Assembly (NCBI GenBank): GCA_002633005.1
Contig: NMRA01000235.1
Location: forward strand, 174,808-238,807
DNA length: 64,000 nucleotides
From: Phoronis australis
Taxonomy: Eukaryota > Animalia > Phoronida
Direction of reading: 5' to 3'
In this document: positions 40,601 through 53,619 of the stretch, piece after piece
Layout of the letters: every line of letters begins with the position of its first letter
How positions within the stretch are numbered: position 1 is the first letter of the stretch
Program-made: the position numbers and the translations under genes
The notes under the pieces: generated by a model
Databases searched by the model: none
Seen by the model: the letters and a program-made list of their open reading frames with translations, nothing else
What the model was told of the DNA's origin: nothing

Positions 40601-43530
40601 GTGGACAAAAATATCACTAATTGGGTATTTAATGAAGGCTAACGACACCTTGGATTTTGACAAGCTAAAAAGAAGAGTCACACGTACAGATATTCATCCA
40701 AGGCTTCTAAAACTTGACATCCATAACAGGTCAAGCTGTCCATGATTTATGAGGCGTGACTGAGTTTTCTTAAGCCCAAGTCAAGTTCCTGTAGTGTGGT
40801 AGGTCAGTGTGTGTGCAGAATGAAGTTAACCTGACATCACATCCTAACTTTATATTCTGGACTGACTAGTGAACCCCAAAGGGAATTCTGAATTTGAATT
40901 GGGGTGTTCATATTGACATCCAGTGAATGAAGGAGTCTATAGAAGTCCTATACCACTAAATCATTATGTGTGGTTTAGCCTGTTAACTAACCTTCACTGT
41001 CTAATATTGACTGAGGTCAAAATGTTTTGTTTGCTGAAGTTTTGGACTTCATTCTAGGATTTTTAGGAACACATTATCAAAGGAAAAACGACAATTTCAC
41101 AACAGTGAAGGTAACAATTGAGCAAAATTTTAAGGCATGAGCGAAGATTTTCAATCATCAACAATACCAAAAATATGTAGGAAATGGGGAGTTAAAAGTT
41201 ATTTCAATGAAATAATTTGAGAGGACATCAGCAGGTTGACAACCACAACATGCGATAGAATCCCGCCAATTTCAAACGAAAACAAAGACCAAAATCAACT
41301 CTTTTTCATTATTAAAGGGTTCTGACATCGTTGAATGGCCACAATTTTTCAAAAATACTATCGGTGATAGAGCTATCATATAGACCTCAATCGTAGAACA
41401 GTTTAAGCTTGACATCTTTTATGGATGAAATGAGAAAAATCCACTTTTCTGTCATTGGTGAGATTTTAAAATAAAACTGTTTCCTCTTAAATATTTAAAA
41501 GGCACTGCATGTCATCCAAATGATAGGTTTTACTATGTTCACATGAGAGGTCCAAACACAAGCAAACTCAATGATTAAAAAATCAGCTACATGGCCTGTT
41601 CGAAAAGGGATATTTTTACCAGCCTTTTAATTAAGTTTGTTTCTCTTTGCCACCTTTTAGTTAGATTCTTTGCCACCTGAGTCGCTGCTAAAGCACAATT
41701 GAGGCTCAATTTCATCCATAATCTGACCTTATGTGACCTTATGTGACCTCATTCAAGGTTGCGGATTTAACCAAATATCTAAATGCAAGTATAGACATCA
41801 ACTCCGGTAAAAGTATTTTTCCGAAAGTAGAAAACCTGTAGAGTTAACTTTTGGCATTTTACCAATTTGTCATTAATTGGGTCATGGGACCACGTCTTTT
41901 TAGTAAATTTTAGAAAATGAGAAATGTACAATGATAACAAAACAACGGTATCAATAACATGATCACATTTCATATGCTACAGATACTCAAGGGGAGGTAG
42001 ACGCTAAATGGAAGATCTCAAAATGGCTGCTACAATTTTCTCTAACACATCATTTCATTTTAGTTAGATTCCCTCATGATAATCATAAGGTCACATATTT
42101 ACCCAGCCTCTAAAATAATGCAAAAGTGTGCCTTCTAAAAAAGTGTTTAGTAGAATAGTGTGTGAAGCACGCTTGATGAAAATTTCCTAAAGATCCAAAC
42201 AACTACATAATGTGGTGAAGTTGGACAAATTTTGACATTTTTCAAGGGTTTTACATAGACTGAATGGGGCGATACAAAAATTTCTCACCCTATCGCAAAG
42301 GTGTGTCCGCTGAAGTAAATGGTCTGGCTACCAAAGATGCTAGCAACAGTTTTAAGGTAACTCGCATCAGCAGCTGGGCCACCGAAGTGACACTTGTAAT
42401 GGTTTACAGCACTGGTGTTTGTGCTACTACTGAAAATGCTACCAAACAATGCTAGGTTTAAGCCAGTTGTACATAAGTATGGATGGTGTATACAAAACAC
42501 AAGTGGCCCTATGGCACCAGCTGGGAATGATCAGAATACACAGCCACAAGAAAATGAAGCATAGCAACAGTGACATACGATACATCAAACGTTGGAAATT
42601 CAATCAAAGTGAAAAATCTGCATTGATTTAAGGAAATGAGTGATGAACAGGGCAAACAAAGGATGACTTAAGATTATTTTTCCAGGTGTTGTTTAGAAAG
42701 AAAGAACGTGCCTTAAAGCAGAATATTTGGACAATAACTGCATTTAACTCAATGAACCATAAAGCCCTAAAGCTGTGTCATTTCCACCATAGATTTGTTA
42801 GCCATGTGTTAAGATGGTGCATTTTCATGCTGTTTTCACTGGGCTGTGACTTCACTAGGCTGTGACTTCACTAGGCTGTGACTTCACTAGGCTGTGACTT
42901 CACTAGGCCGTGTTAATGTGTTTTCACTAGGTTGTGCGTTCTTAAGGCTCCAACTCTGATTCTCCCATAGTTATTTCCATACAAAAATGAAACACAGAGG
43001 CAACAAACCTACAGAATAAGCTCACACTATGAGTCACAAAATGAGTTCTTATTGAATTATGAAGTTCAGCAGTTTTCAATTCAATGATATTTGCCTAATA
43101 TTTTAACAAGAGTTTTCTATGCAGAAAATCCATGACTAATCTTTTCCAGGTTGGTTGTGTATGTTCAGACCATTTTAAAGAGATTTCACTATGATTCCAC
43201 ATTCCCATTCCCTTGGTTAGGTTTGAATTACTTTGCTTTATGAAGTTTTTCACTTACAACTGAATGCCTCACTCCTGAACCTCACTTGATGTTTTGTAAT
43301 CATACATGGTACACTAAGAAAGGGTTGAAAATTGTAATCTGGATGGCTATTGAGATGTGTGATAAATAAAATTTCAGCTGTGTACCAAAACTACCAGGGG
43401 GGAAGTTGTTGCCCTGTGCGTGACAATGAACACCTACTGCGAAGACGGTAAGAAAAACAAAACCCATCTGTGTGTAACAGCAGCTGATAATTACTTCCGC
43501 CCTTCTCCACTTTTGCAGCCACACAGCCAT
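28643..43530 (-). CDS. CSPG4: Chondroitin sulfate proteoglycan 4 / NG2 / kon-tiki (perdido) orthologue; exons 43530-43395 (candidate signal-peptide exon), 39422-39201, 38799-37142, 35654-32963, 31371-28643
   Basis: Architecture: signal-like segment, SFYGDS start of LamG1, two laminin-G domains (DDGQWH, LYIGG, FRGCL), an EGF-like Cys motif, many CSPG/cadherin-like repeats (FTQ.DI...V.Y.H), a TM helix (LTLVVVLVCLGVILVVVVLVVAVAY), and the C-terminal PDZ-binding motif QYWV. Junction phases 1,1,0,1 join in frame, giving 7437 nt as assembled and about 2400 aa once the duplicated 222 nt are removed. The first exon is less certain (about 0.6). Confidence 0.93.
28862..29304. other. 221-bp direct duplication around a single N (29083) in the CSPG4 last exon; probable haplotype-overlap artefact
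   Basis: 28862-29082 equals 29084-29304 apart from two substitutions, and the copies are joined by one N. Confidence 0.85.
31432..31560. repeat. 30-bp minisatellite, about 4 copies, near the last CSPG4 acceptor
   Basis: Unit ggacaggtaatgctacgatatctagaaggt. Confidence 0.9.
36058..36703. repeat. Perfect 24-bp minisatellite, about 27 copies, in a CSPG4 intron
   Basis: Unit agtacacgtctgaaagtgtcacgt. Ends at the N at 36704, so the true length is uncertain. Confidence 0.98.
39625..39725 (-). mobile_element. Decayed tRNA-derived SINE head
   Basis: Minus strand reads tgacccagtggactagagtgtctgca...gggtgtgagtcc..gggcagagaccttttcag, similar to the plus-strand copy at 39872. Confidence 0.45.
39872..39965 (+). 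mobile_element. tRNA-derived SINE head (Pol III A and B boxes)
   Basis: A-box tggctcagagg at 39880 and B-box ggtttgagacc at 39925, with tRNA-like spacing. No intact acceptor stem. Confidence 0.55.
40215..40320 (-). mobile_element. tRNA-derived SINE head
   Basis: Minus-strand A-box tggcttagagg and B-box ggtttgaatcc. Confidence 0.55.
42833..42935. repeat. 18-bp minisatellite, about 5 copies
   Basis: Unit ttcactaggctgtgac(tt)-like. Confidence 0.8.
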
Positions 43531-43659
43531 TACGAAGCAGAACAAGCTACCCTAGAACACCCCACCTCAATAATGTGGAGTTGTCACAAGATGGGGTTAG
43601 TGGTGCTAGTGGGTAAGTCTGTGTGTGGACGGCATTATATTGTGCTATATGGGTGAAGA

Positions 43660-43673
43660 GTTACCATGGTAAC
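43660..43673. promoter_or_regulatory. Perfect palindromic RFX X-box
   Basis: GTTACCATGGTAAC, 130 bp upstream of the candidate CSPG4 ATG. Confidence 0.5.
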
Positions 43674-45592
43674 CTTAAGTCTAGCACGATCAATTAATTC
43701 ACACCAGGTACTTTGAATAATCTTGCTCAATTAGTCTTGCCAGTAAAATATTCATAGATCTATTAATGGAAATTAAAATCGATGTTTGGTCTCAATTCCA
43801 AAATGGTACACCTCTCCCTTTACCAGCGTTATTTGAATTACAGTAGTAACAGCAATGGAATCCTACCACCAGAAGGAAGATTTACAAGACTTGTTTTGTG
43901 AAAATAAACAACCTACCTTAATTTGATTTTCGTATATATATAGACGGCTCAACAGTGAGAAAAGCAGCTTTTAAGTTTCATAACTGCTGAGGATTTCAAT
44001 ATCCCTTAATTAAAATTCCAAACAGACTACATTAGGAAAAAGCCCACAATAGGAAAATGCCCACAATAGGAGGGCCCACAATTATTTTTGTCTAAGGTCA
44101 AGCCAATGGTGACTTCAAAATGGAATTAATCAAGAGTAGAACATTCTAGAAACAAAAGGAGTACCTTCCATAAACAAGAAGTAAAGCTGTGTGTAACTGT
44201 CATGAACGCCAGTCTGCTTATTCAATTCTTGAACACTTAAAGAGGCAATAAAACTTGCAAGAAACCAAACTTTTGTTTCAGACCATTTCCAGCAGCTCTA
44301 CAACTGCAGATGTCAACCTTACAATGCAGGTCATGATGTATTCTCTAGTGTACATCAAGATGAAAAGGACTGCCGAGTGGATATTAAGGTTCTGTGAGCT
44401 TACATACGTGTCAGGAACTTTGAATAAAATTGGCCAATGAAGTTTGCATATGAGAGCATAGCTCATACATTGATTATTCCAGCCAGTAAGGATTTTTCGA
44501 GCTTGATGAAACAGTGTCACACAAAATGTGAACAAAATCTAAAACGCCCTTCTTGAGGTATCTCATGCGAACAGTATTTTCCCAAATAAAAACCAGATGT
44601 TCTCGTGGCTTTTTGCAAGTGAAGTACAAATTACCTGTGAATAAAAATACATGTGTGCCAATAGTCAGCCTTCACCTCTGGTGTATTTTATGATAAAGTG
44701 GGCAACTCAAATACCTACAGTATACCCCTGCAACAATTTTCACACAAAAAACACCATAAGCAACTATATGATTTTGGCTTAACACATCAAATGACACACC
44801 AATTACTAAGAATCAAAACCTGAGTGAGACAGTGGTGGGGCCTAGTGTACAGTCACCTGTACATCTTCTATCTTCCCAAGGTGACGAATCCCAATCCATA
44901 TCACATTCCTAATAGTTAAACTCTAATCATATAATTGATAATGGCAATTAATGCTCTCATGACATTCCAAATGGGAACTAATGCATCTTGATTGATGTAA
45001 GCTGACAAAGTGTGGGTTCCTTGATTGATAACAGATAGAGCTGCATGCAAGCAGGTTTATAGAAGCCACAACAACTCCTACAGTGAAAACACCCAAGAAC
45101 ACAACGGAAGTAAATGTCGCCCCTTCACATCTCTCTCCCAATTGGACGGGTAATAGAATTTTCATTCCACCTCAGGCAAGAAGTACATGACCATATGTAA
45201 TTGTAAGTCAATAAATATATATATGCCAGACAGTCATCTGCAATGCTGGAACAGGAGGACATTACTGGCATAAAATTCCCAAACAAAGGTGCGGACTCAC
45301 TCAGTTAGGGCCATGTGTAAAATATATTGACTGGAATCAGGCCGGACTGTGCTATCGATGAAAATCAATTCTCAACCTCATCAGTAAATACGACAACATA
45401 TGGACTTCTCAATTTCAAATATCTCGCTCTTAAATTAGGGAACTCTCTAAAAGGATGCGATGCGGCATTAAAAGTGTAACCTTGTCATCCTCCAAGAGTC
45501 ATATCAGAAAACTAAACCCCCCACGACACTCTGCTGTAACTATGTGTATACGTTCATAAAGTTAGTCTTTGTAAACTTCATGTCAGAGTGTG

Positions 45593-45750
45593 GTGTCGAT
45601 TCTGGGGTGTTGTGTCGATTTTGGGGTGTTGTGTCGATTCTGGGGTGTTGTGTCGATTCTGGGGTGTTGTGTCGATTCCGGGGTGTTGTGTCGATTCTGG
45701 GGTGTTGTGTCGATTCTGGGGTGTTGTGTCGATTCTGGGGTGTTGTGATG
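45593..45750. repeat. 19-bp minisatellite, about 8 copies
   Basis: Unit gtgtcgattctggggtgtt. Confidence 0.92.
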
Positions 45751-46041
45751 ATTGTAGAGGATGTTGTAGAGAGTTTTAGAGTGTTGTAGTCAATAAGAGG
45801 GTGTTGTGATCTTTGTACGCTTTCCACACAGGTTCAATGGGCAGCTGAATAAAATGAGCACTGCAAGTTAAGAATTCTGCATCAAATTCACATTCCGTCT
45901 GTCTGACTATCCAACTAGTTTCACTAGGAATTCAACTACAAGCATGTGTGGCAGTGGATCCAATGTCACAGCTAAGATCCAAGCTTTATTTGGCTTTGTA
46001 AGAGTAAACAACCCAACTCAAGTGAGAAAGACTTTATAGGA

Positions 46042-46195
46042 CATGGGCGGCACACCATAGGGGGCTGGGGGGCTTAATAGCTCCCCCCCCACTTTTTTCA
46101 GTGCTACACCACACATGGCCTATAGGCGGTGCACCACAGGAGGGCTGACGGGGCTTTAGCCCCCCCCCACTTTTTTCAGTGCTGCGCCGCCCATG
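46042..46195 (+). mobile_element. MITE family B, copy 2, with 5-bp TSD
   Basis: catgggcggcaca ... tgcgccgcccatg flanked by tagga on both sides. Homologous to 18977-19110. Confidence 0.85.
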
Positions 46196-48585
46196 TAGGA
46201 AGGTTTGTATTAGTAGAGTGAAACAACTACACACTTTGGCCATTGCCACGACCAAGTGACACACCAAGGTCAACACTAGTTAAACCCTCCATACACCACC
46301 ACCTTCACCTGCGCCCGTCCACACCAGATACACACCTTAAATAACACTTTAACATAGACTCTCACTTCAGTGGCTTCACATAGCAGGTCCGCAGAAACAT
46401 TATTAGGGATGAGAGCGGGGGAAGGCGGAGGAGGTTAACACAAATGCATTCAACTTCACCAAATTTTAGTAGATCTCGCTGTTTGAGGTACGTGAGAGAG
46501 GGAGCACACTGTGAAGGCAGCCACCACAAACTTGAGCATGGAAAAAATTCTTCAGTTTGGGACACAATAAACATTGTGTCTACCATATGTGTCAGCCATA
46601 TGGTAGACAGGCAAAATTTTATTTTGGAATTTAATTGGTGAATGAATATACATTTCTATGCCGAACTTGGCAACCTGTGCTTTCATTTGGTGATCTGGGA
46701 CAGTTTTGGCCACCTCAGATTTCATTTGGCGACCTGAAGTTGCCAATTTTCCTTGGCAGACTGCGACTTTTACCAAGTGGCCAAATGCAACTTAAGCTAA
46801 AGGTTGAGCTCTGTAGTATGTGGAGTGTAAATAAGAAGGACACATAATAATATTAAAGGTCACCCCCTCCCCCCAGGGTTTGTTGGAAAAATCATACTTA
46901 TGGCCACTCTCCTGTCTGGCTTCCACAGTTCTAGTCATGTCGGTTAATATATTGTGTGTTTGAAAAACAACCACAGCAAGACCATCCAACCACTGAGAAA
47001 CTACAATTTACATTCCTTCTTTGTAACCAGAATAAAAAGGTTCTATTTTTATGCTAGCTTAACACCACGTTGCCCAAGGTTTCTACTAGCAATTCATAAC
47101 AAGCACTGTAAACTTCATTATCAGAGGCTCATGGGTAATTAGCAGATTTTTTGTTGCTCTCTTTGCAGTTGATGACTTAATTATTGAGAGCGTCTCTGGA
47201 GAATTGGAGCAGCGCTAACATTTACCATCAAACGGGAAACTGTAGTCATAGAAATAACTTGCAAACACAGGGTGTAGTAATGAGTCTACACCCACACCTC
47301 CTAATTCCAACCACTATCCTCTAAACCCAGTCGATTGTCATAAGCTAGCAGATATCAAACTAGCTGTAAAAATTCCCAAACCCTCACAGGTCTCTAAGCT
47401 CAACACACTTGGAAAATGCTCCATAAACTACTACTCCAACACGGGGACAAGTTCCAGTCCCTGAGTTGACTTCCTGTGTGGGACTGGAGTTTGATTCCAT
47501 TTACTGGAGACTATGGGGTATTTTCATATCACTGGACAGTTTAGCAGCTACGGGTAAATGGATCATGGATGGAATCCTAAAGTAAGGCCATGGAATTGTT
47601 TCCACTCCCTGAAACGGAACCTGGCAAAACGTACTCGGAGCATGGGGTGGTATCATGCAATGGAACTGCTCTAAGAAAAAACTTGCACAACCCAAATCTC
47701 ACCACTGTTATTACATAACTTGAACATCGTGTTTTCTTCCCTATTCCGCTTACAATAAGTGAAACTCTCTCTTGTAAAATTTTTCCACAAATAGTTAGAC
47801 AATGATGGCTGTCAACATGCAATGAGACATCGTCAAAGAGCTTTTGGTAATTTTTTGTTACTTGAAAAGTGACCAGCCATTGAAAATAAAACAAGAGCAA
47901 CGCAGAGCGTTGAAATGCGCCCACAATTGCACCGCATACGGTATCCTTCTAGGGTTGTTTATTGGTACCATAAAGTGGCCAGTAGATGGCATATATGTAG
48001 TATGTTGTACTTAGCAAAATGGAAAGGCATGGTCATTGTCTCCTCAATAGGCAAGGGGCAAAATGTGAGTAATCTTCATAATACAAGCACATCCTATACA
48101 CCAGTTGCTTAAGCACCACAGAAACATAGAATTAAAAACAAATTTACCAACATACGAGATTAGCACAGCATTAGAATGCCAGAAACAAATTTCTACTTGG
48201 AACTTTTCCTTCATAGTCACGATGTAACACAAAGTATACACCTGAAGACCTATGAAAATACAGAGGTCAATGTATAATACTAAAATTGCCACTAGAGGCA
48301 AATACTAAAATTGCCACTAGAGGCATACGGGTAGTCAGAATCATCCTAAAGACGTCATCGTCCGTTGTTAACATCACATAAATACACTTGCTAAATTTAG
48401 TAAAGATCCTGTAAATGGTTTGGGAGATACAGCCATGGCCGCAAAAAAAAACAAAACTACCACTAGGAGGCGCCACAGTAGTCCAAATAGTCTGAAAATC
48501 ATTGTCAGCTGTCTTCCTTATAGTAAGCACATACACGGCAATTTTCACAATCATCCTTTGAGCGGTTTGGTTGGTAGAGATAAAN

Positions 48586-48702
48586 GTTTACCCCAGAGTC
48601 TCCAACAAAGCGTGCACTGTTTACCCCAGAGTCTCCAACAAAGCGTGCACCGTTTACCCCAGAGTCTCCAACAAAGCGTGCACCATTTACCCCCAGAGTC
48701 TC
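48586..48702. repeat. 33-bp minisatellite, about 3.5 copies, after a single-N join
   Basis: Unit gtttaccccagagtctccaacaaagcgtgcac(t/c). Confidence 0.9.
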
Positions 48703-50909
48703 CTACAAAGACCTCGGCACATCAAAGGCTTGATGACGCTGTCACAGATTGAAAGGATCTGAACGTGCTGGATGAGAAAATTTCGGTCATAAACCAACAA
48801 GCTTGTTTAGCAAACGAATTTCAAAATCAAAAACGAACAATTTAAGAAAGACAAAAACCCAACATGACTGTTTTTAAAACGGGAAAGTAAATATTAGCCT
48901 TCTTTGAATTTTTAAAATCGAGGCATTGTAACAGAAATTAGGGAACACATTTTGGTCAGCATTGTAGCTATGCAACAAGCATTTATTTGTGAATTATGAC
49001 GGGCAATATATTGACGGGTTATAGTCACATTCTGGCTTAGGCTCATGGGACTGGGGAAACAAAACCCTGAGTATTAAATGAAGGATTTGTTTCATGCAAA
49101 TTGCCACTGTTGTACATTTGGATAACAAAATTATAAAAATCACATGAAAATGAGCGATGTCAAAATGTCCGTGAATCAAAGACATTACATTCCTCCCAGT
49201 CAACTCGACCAATTGTGTACAACAAAATCAGAAATTGGGTCAAATGGAAAGAAGCATTCCTGCTCTCACAAAGCTGAAGAGGTGCATGTCGAAGGTTCCA
49301 TATTGATTGACAGCTAATGATATTGTCTTAGCCTCTATTCAGCCAATCAATTAAATGTAACAACAGCACCAAGCAGACAAAACAGGGGAAACTAGCAGTG
49401 ATCAGATAATTGTCAGTCAATTAAGAGAGAGTCTATCCATGTATGGCAATGACAATGTTATGTGCAGAGTACTTCATAGGCATGCTCAGGGAACAGACCA
49501 GATGTCATACTTGTGTGTAAAGTGCTGTCCAAACACAACCCACCATAGAACAAGTTGTTGAGATTTAACTCCAGAATAGAAACTAATTCTAGTTGAAAAT
49601 AAAATGGCTATCACCTCACGGTTTAAAGCAACGAAACAGAAGAGACTTTTGGTGCACTTTATTTTGAAATTTATTATGCAATATTATATACATATGCAGA
49701 GGTCACGGCAGAGGTTACGGCAGAGGTCACAGCAGTTCTAATCAGCTGCATTTCCTTCTTGAGCTGACTAAAAACTAGGCATTTTTTAAAATTTGCTTGA
49801 TGATATTCCTTACTGTGATAGGATTCCATTTCTGATATAAAATCAAGATTCAGGAAATTCATACACGCGCCATTTTCAAATTTGCAGTTTTATGGTTGGC
49901 TGCAAATAAATTCTGAAGCGTATCTCAAGTGACAGACTATCAAACATTTCATGAGTTGTTGTTGTTCTTGCTACATAGAAATAGAATTCTACCACTGGAA
50001 TAGTAATCTAACGAGACCAGTAAAGTAAGACCTAATTCGATTTTCGTTATTAGCCATCAAAACAGGGCAAAATGCACCTTTAATTGAAAATTTCTGAGCA
50101 TTTTGCTCAACCACTTTAATCTTTGACTAAAAGTATTTTAAAGAATATTTAAAAGGAAACATAGGGCATTAATGTCACTGCCATAACTATTACTCCTAAA
50201 TTTCAATAATTTGTTATCAACATGTAAATTTTGTAGGTTACCTGATCAAAATAACTTGTCAATATGGCTTAACGTGACTGGCATAACATTATTAATCATG
50301 TGACCAACTACATTCAGTGCAAATCTACTGCTCTCCGCAATAGAAAATTCAAACTCGACAACATTTACAAAATTCATTTGCATGTTTGAAAGTGCACGTC
50401 CATACTGTGGGCAGTTTGTTTAAGCCTTAGAATAAATGTATTGAACTGATAACATAACAAAAAGTCAAAAAATCTTCTAATTTGCTTAAAAAATTACTTA
50501 TGTCACAACGCTTCAAACTCGTGACATAGGTTTTCAAACTCAACGTAAGTAAGCCAAACTCGTAACGGCAAAATGTAGTGTTGAGTCAAAACCGCTTGTG
50601 GAGAACATTGCAATGAATTGAAAAAGATCAAATAGGTCACAACTGATCACCATAGTTACTGGCATTAACCAACAATTAACCATCAAGTGTGGTATATATT
50701 TACCACAAGGCTGTGCTACAAAGGCCCCTTAAGTAATGAATAATATTGCCTTCAAATAGATGTTGGAATGCCGTGCAGTTACTGACGAATAAAAATAACG
50801 TGGGGATATTTTAATACAGTTTAGTACCGACGCTCGTCGTTTTAGTTTTACTATTTTATAATATTGCCTGTTTGCCAAATGGTTTGGATGCTTTACTCTG
50901 ATCAAGAGG

Positions 50910-51212
50910 ATTTGTAGTTAGACTGCCATTTGTAGTTAGACTGACATAATTTGTAGTTAGACTGCCATTTGTAGTTAGATTCCCATTTGTAGTTAGACTG
51001 CCATTTGTAGTTAGACTGACATAATTTGTAGTTAGACTGCCATTTGTAGTTAGACTGACATAATTTGTATTTAGACTGCCATTTGTAGTTAGACTGACAT
51101 AATTTGTAGTTAGACTGCCATTTGTAGTTAGACTCCCATTTGTAGTTAGACTGCCATTTGTAGTTAGACTCCCATTTGTAGTTAGATTCCCATTTGTAGT
51201 TAGACTGCCATT
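50910..51212. repeat. Composite 18/21-bp minisatellite
   Basis: Units tttgtagttagactgcca, tttgtagttagactgacataa and tttgtagttaga(c/t)tccca. Confidence 0.92.
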
Positions 51213-51479
51213 TAAGCTGAGAAAAGGTAAGAATTCCTAGCAACACCGCCCAACTAAGGTAAGTTGCACAAAATCCTGATATGTACAGGGGTTTACATGA
51301 CCCAGTGCATTGAGCTAGAAAACCTGTGCAACGAGTTTGGTAGTAGAGCGAGACGGGTCAACGAACAAGACTGGTCAAAGAGCAAGACTGGTCAACAAGT
51401 GAGACTGGTAAAAGAGCGAGACTGGTCATAGCAAGAGGATATGTTGAACTTTTGGTGCTAGTTCAATGCATTTATTCTC

Positions 51480-52521
51480 GGGCAACTCACAATCAAGGTC
51501 CATATTCGGTGGCCACTTTTGGTGAAAAATGAAGGTTGTCATATAACTGTTAAAGCTGGGTTATTTTAAAGTACCATCATTCCAGGTTTGAAATCTAAAA
51601 CATTTTTGCACAAGAACCACTGAATAAAACTTTATGGCCTAATGCATCACAGTTGTACAAAAGGGTACATACACTACAACTTGTGGTCACATGCTAATAT
51701 TTCACTCAAAAATGTATTTGTAATTAACACCCTTTTAACCTAGCATTTTTAATGGATGAAACTGTCCGTGACAAATGTAGCTTACTTGCCGTGAAATATT
51801 TTTGTTTCATGGCATAATGTTGTATGGCCATTTATTTTTCTTTGATGATAATAAGCACCATGTTGCTATTTAAAAGGCAATAATTTCATTTGCAATGACC
51901 ATTTGTGTTACTGAATTCCACACGGGGGTACGTACACTACATTTTGTTAGCCTTTTTGGCCCATTTTCAACATAGCAGAACCCAGTCAATATCCAAACTT
52001 TTGGTTTATTTCGATATTAAATATTTTGCTGTTGCCTAGGCTAACATATTCTGCAGTTCTTTTTATGACAGAGTTTGAACTTTAGTTTTTAACCTTCTTT
52101 ATAGTAGGTGAGGGTTAGAAATACAGAATTTACAAATTTCGTAACGAGTGCCTGTTTTATGATGAACCCTACCATTTCTCAATGATTCAGCACAACTTCA
52201 TCTAAGTGATTTTGAAAGTGACTCAAGTTGTTCCCAGTCATAATAATTGCTTACTTGATAAAATAAATTTCTTTTCTATTGTTGACAACTGAAAATTTTA
52301 ATTTTTAAAATGGCCAGTTGTAACACTAAAAATGCATGGAATTCATAGACAAAAACATGCATAAAATTCTCAAACATTGTCCGATTTTGATGATTCTTTT
52401 TTAATTTGCACAATGAAATAATTCTTTGCATATGAGATTGCATTTGGCAAGTGACCAAAAAAATTATTTTAGACCCTAACACAGTCAACTCGCGAATATG
52501 GACCTTGATTGTGATTTAGCC
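51480..52521. mobile_element. Non-autonomous DNA transposon, about 1 kb, bounded by a 22-bp inverted repeat
   Basis: tcacaatcaaggtccatattcg (51487-51508) and its exact reverse complement at 52493-52514. Outer bases degenerate, TSD not clear. Confidence 0.6.
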
Positions 52522-52719
52522 GTCTCAGACTTAACACAAAAACTGATCCCAATGAACACATTGAACATGTGTACACATTTTATTATTCCAGCTGAGCTTG
52601 AATTTTCCGATGTGGAAAACGGCACTGGTCAGATAGCGGTCCCTGATTTAGAGAACCAGGCAATCACTGAATAACGGGCCTGTTACTTAGTGGACGAAAC
52701 TGGTTATCTATATCAGGGA

Positions 52720-53619
52720 TAGGCAATGACCATCGCCTCTGTTGGCCCGAAGCAGAGGCGATGTAGAGGCTATAGGCGCTCTGTACGCCGGAAGCTTTTC
52801 GGCGAATTATGCCTCGCACCGACTAAACCATCAAAGTCACGTTGTTACAAATACCTTTTGCGCATAGAGGAACACCTTAGGAGGTTGTCGATGTGTTTAA
52901 TTCCTTCCAACTCGAACAAATACTCCCGTTATGAAACTTTTTCTTCGAGCAGTCCCTATTTCAGTTCCCAAAATCGTGAACTCAACTTTTTCATTTTTTT
53001 AACCAGGCCGAAGGTCAGAAGTTGCGGACCTACCGGCGAACTTTGAAAGCTGAAGTTCCCGCCCTTCGCGTACGTGCTGCCGGGAACCAGCCGTGCATTT
53101 GCCGTGTTGTTAAACATTAAAATGTCAAATATGTGCAAAAAGACTATTAAATGTCATATCAACAGCATTTGTTTTTATCAAATACAAACAATGATTCATT
53201 GAAATACAATCAGTTTCAAGTAACGCCAATTAAAGACAAGTATAAGTGGTGGCATTTTGGAAACGAACATTTGACTGCCAAGACCGCAATGGCTCACCTT
53301 TGGCCTATTTAAAGATTGAGGTCATGAATTGGAGCGTGCGCAGTATAAAAAAGTTGAGTTCACGATTTTGGGAACTGAAATAGGGACTGCTCGAAGAAAA
53401 AGTTTCATAACGGGAGTATTTGTTCGAGTTGGAAGGAATTAAACACATCGACAACCTCCTAAGGTGTTCCTCTATGCGCAAAAGGTATTTGTAACAACGT
53501 GACTTTGATGGTTTAGTCGGTGCGAGGCATAATTCGCCGAAAAGCTTCCGGCGTACAGAGCGCCTATAGCCTCTACATCGCCTCTGCTTCGGGCCAACAG
53601 AGGCGATGGTCATTGCCTA
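52720..53619. mobile_element. 900-bp non-autonomous long-TIR (Mutator-like/foldback) element with 272-bp TIRs and 9-bp TSD
   Basis: 52720-52991 is the reverse complement of 53348-53619, which explains the mirrored ORFs in the track. Direct repeat tatcaggga at 52711-52719 and 53620-53628. Confidence 0.92.

Noticed and set aside
47440-48000. Possible LINE 3' relic on the minus strand
   Set aside because: Only an impression of decayed coding sequence; no diagnostic RT motif could be read.
52726-53613. Two mirrored ORFs (MTIASVGPKQRR...) that resemble a duplicated gene
   Set aside because: They are the same TIR sequence read on opposite strands, with no transposase motifs.
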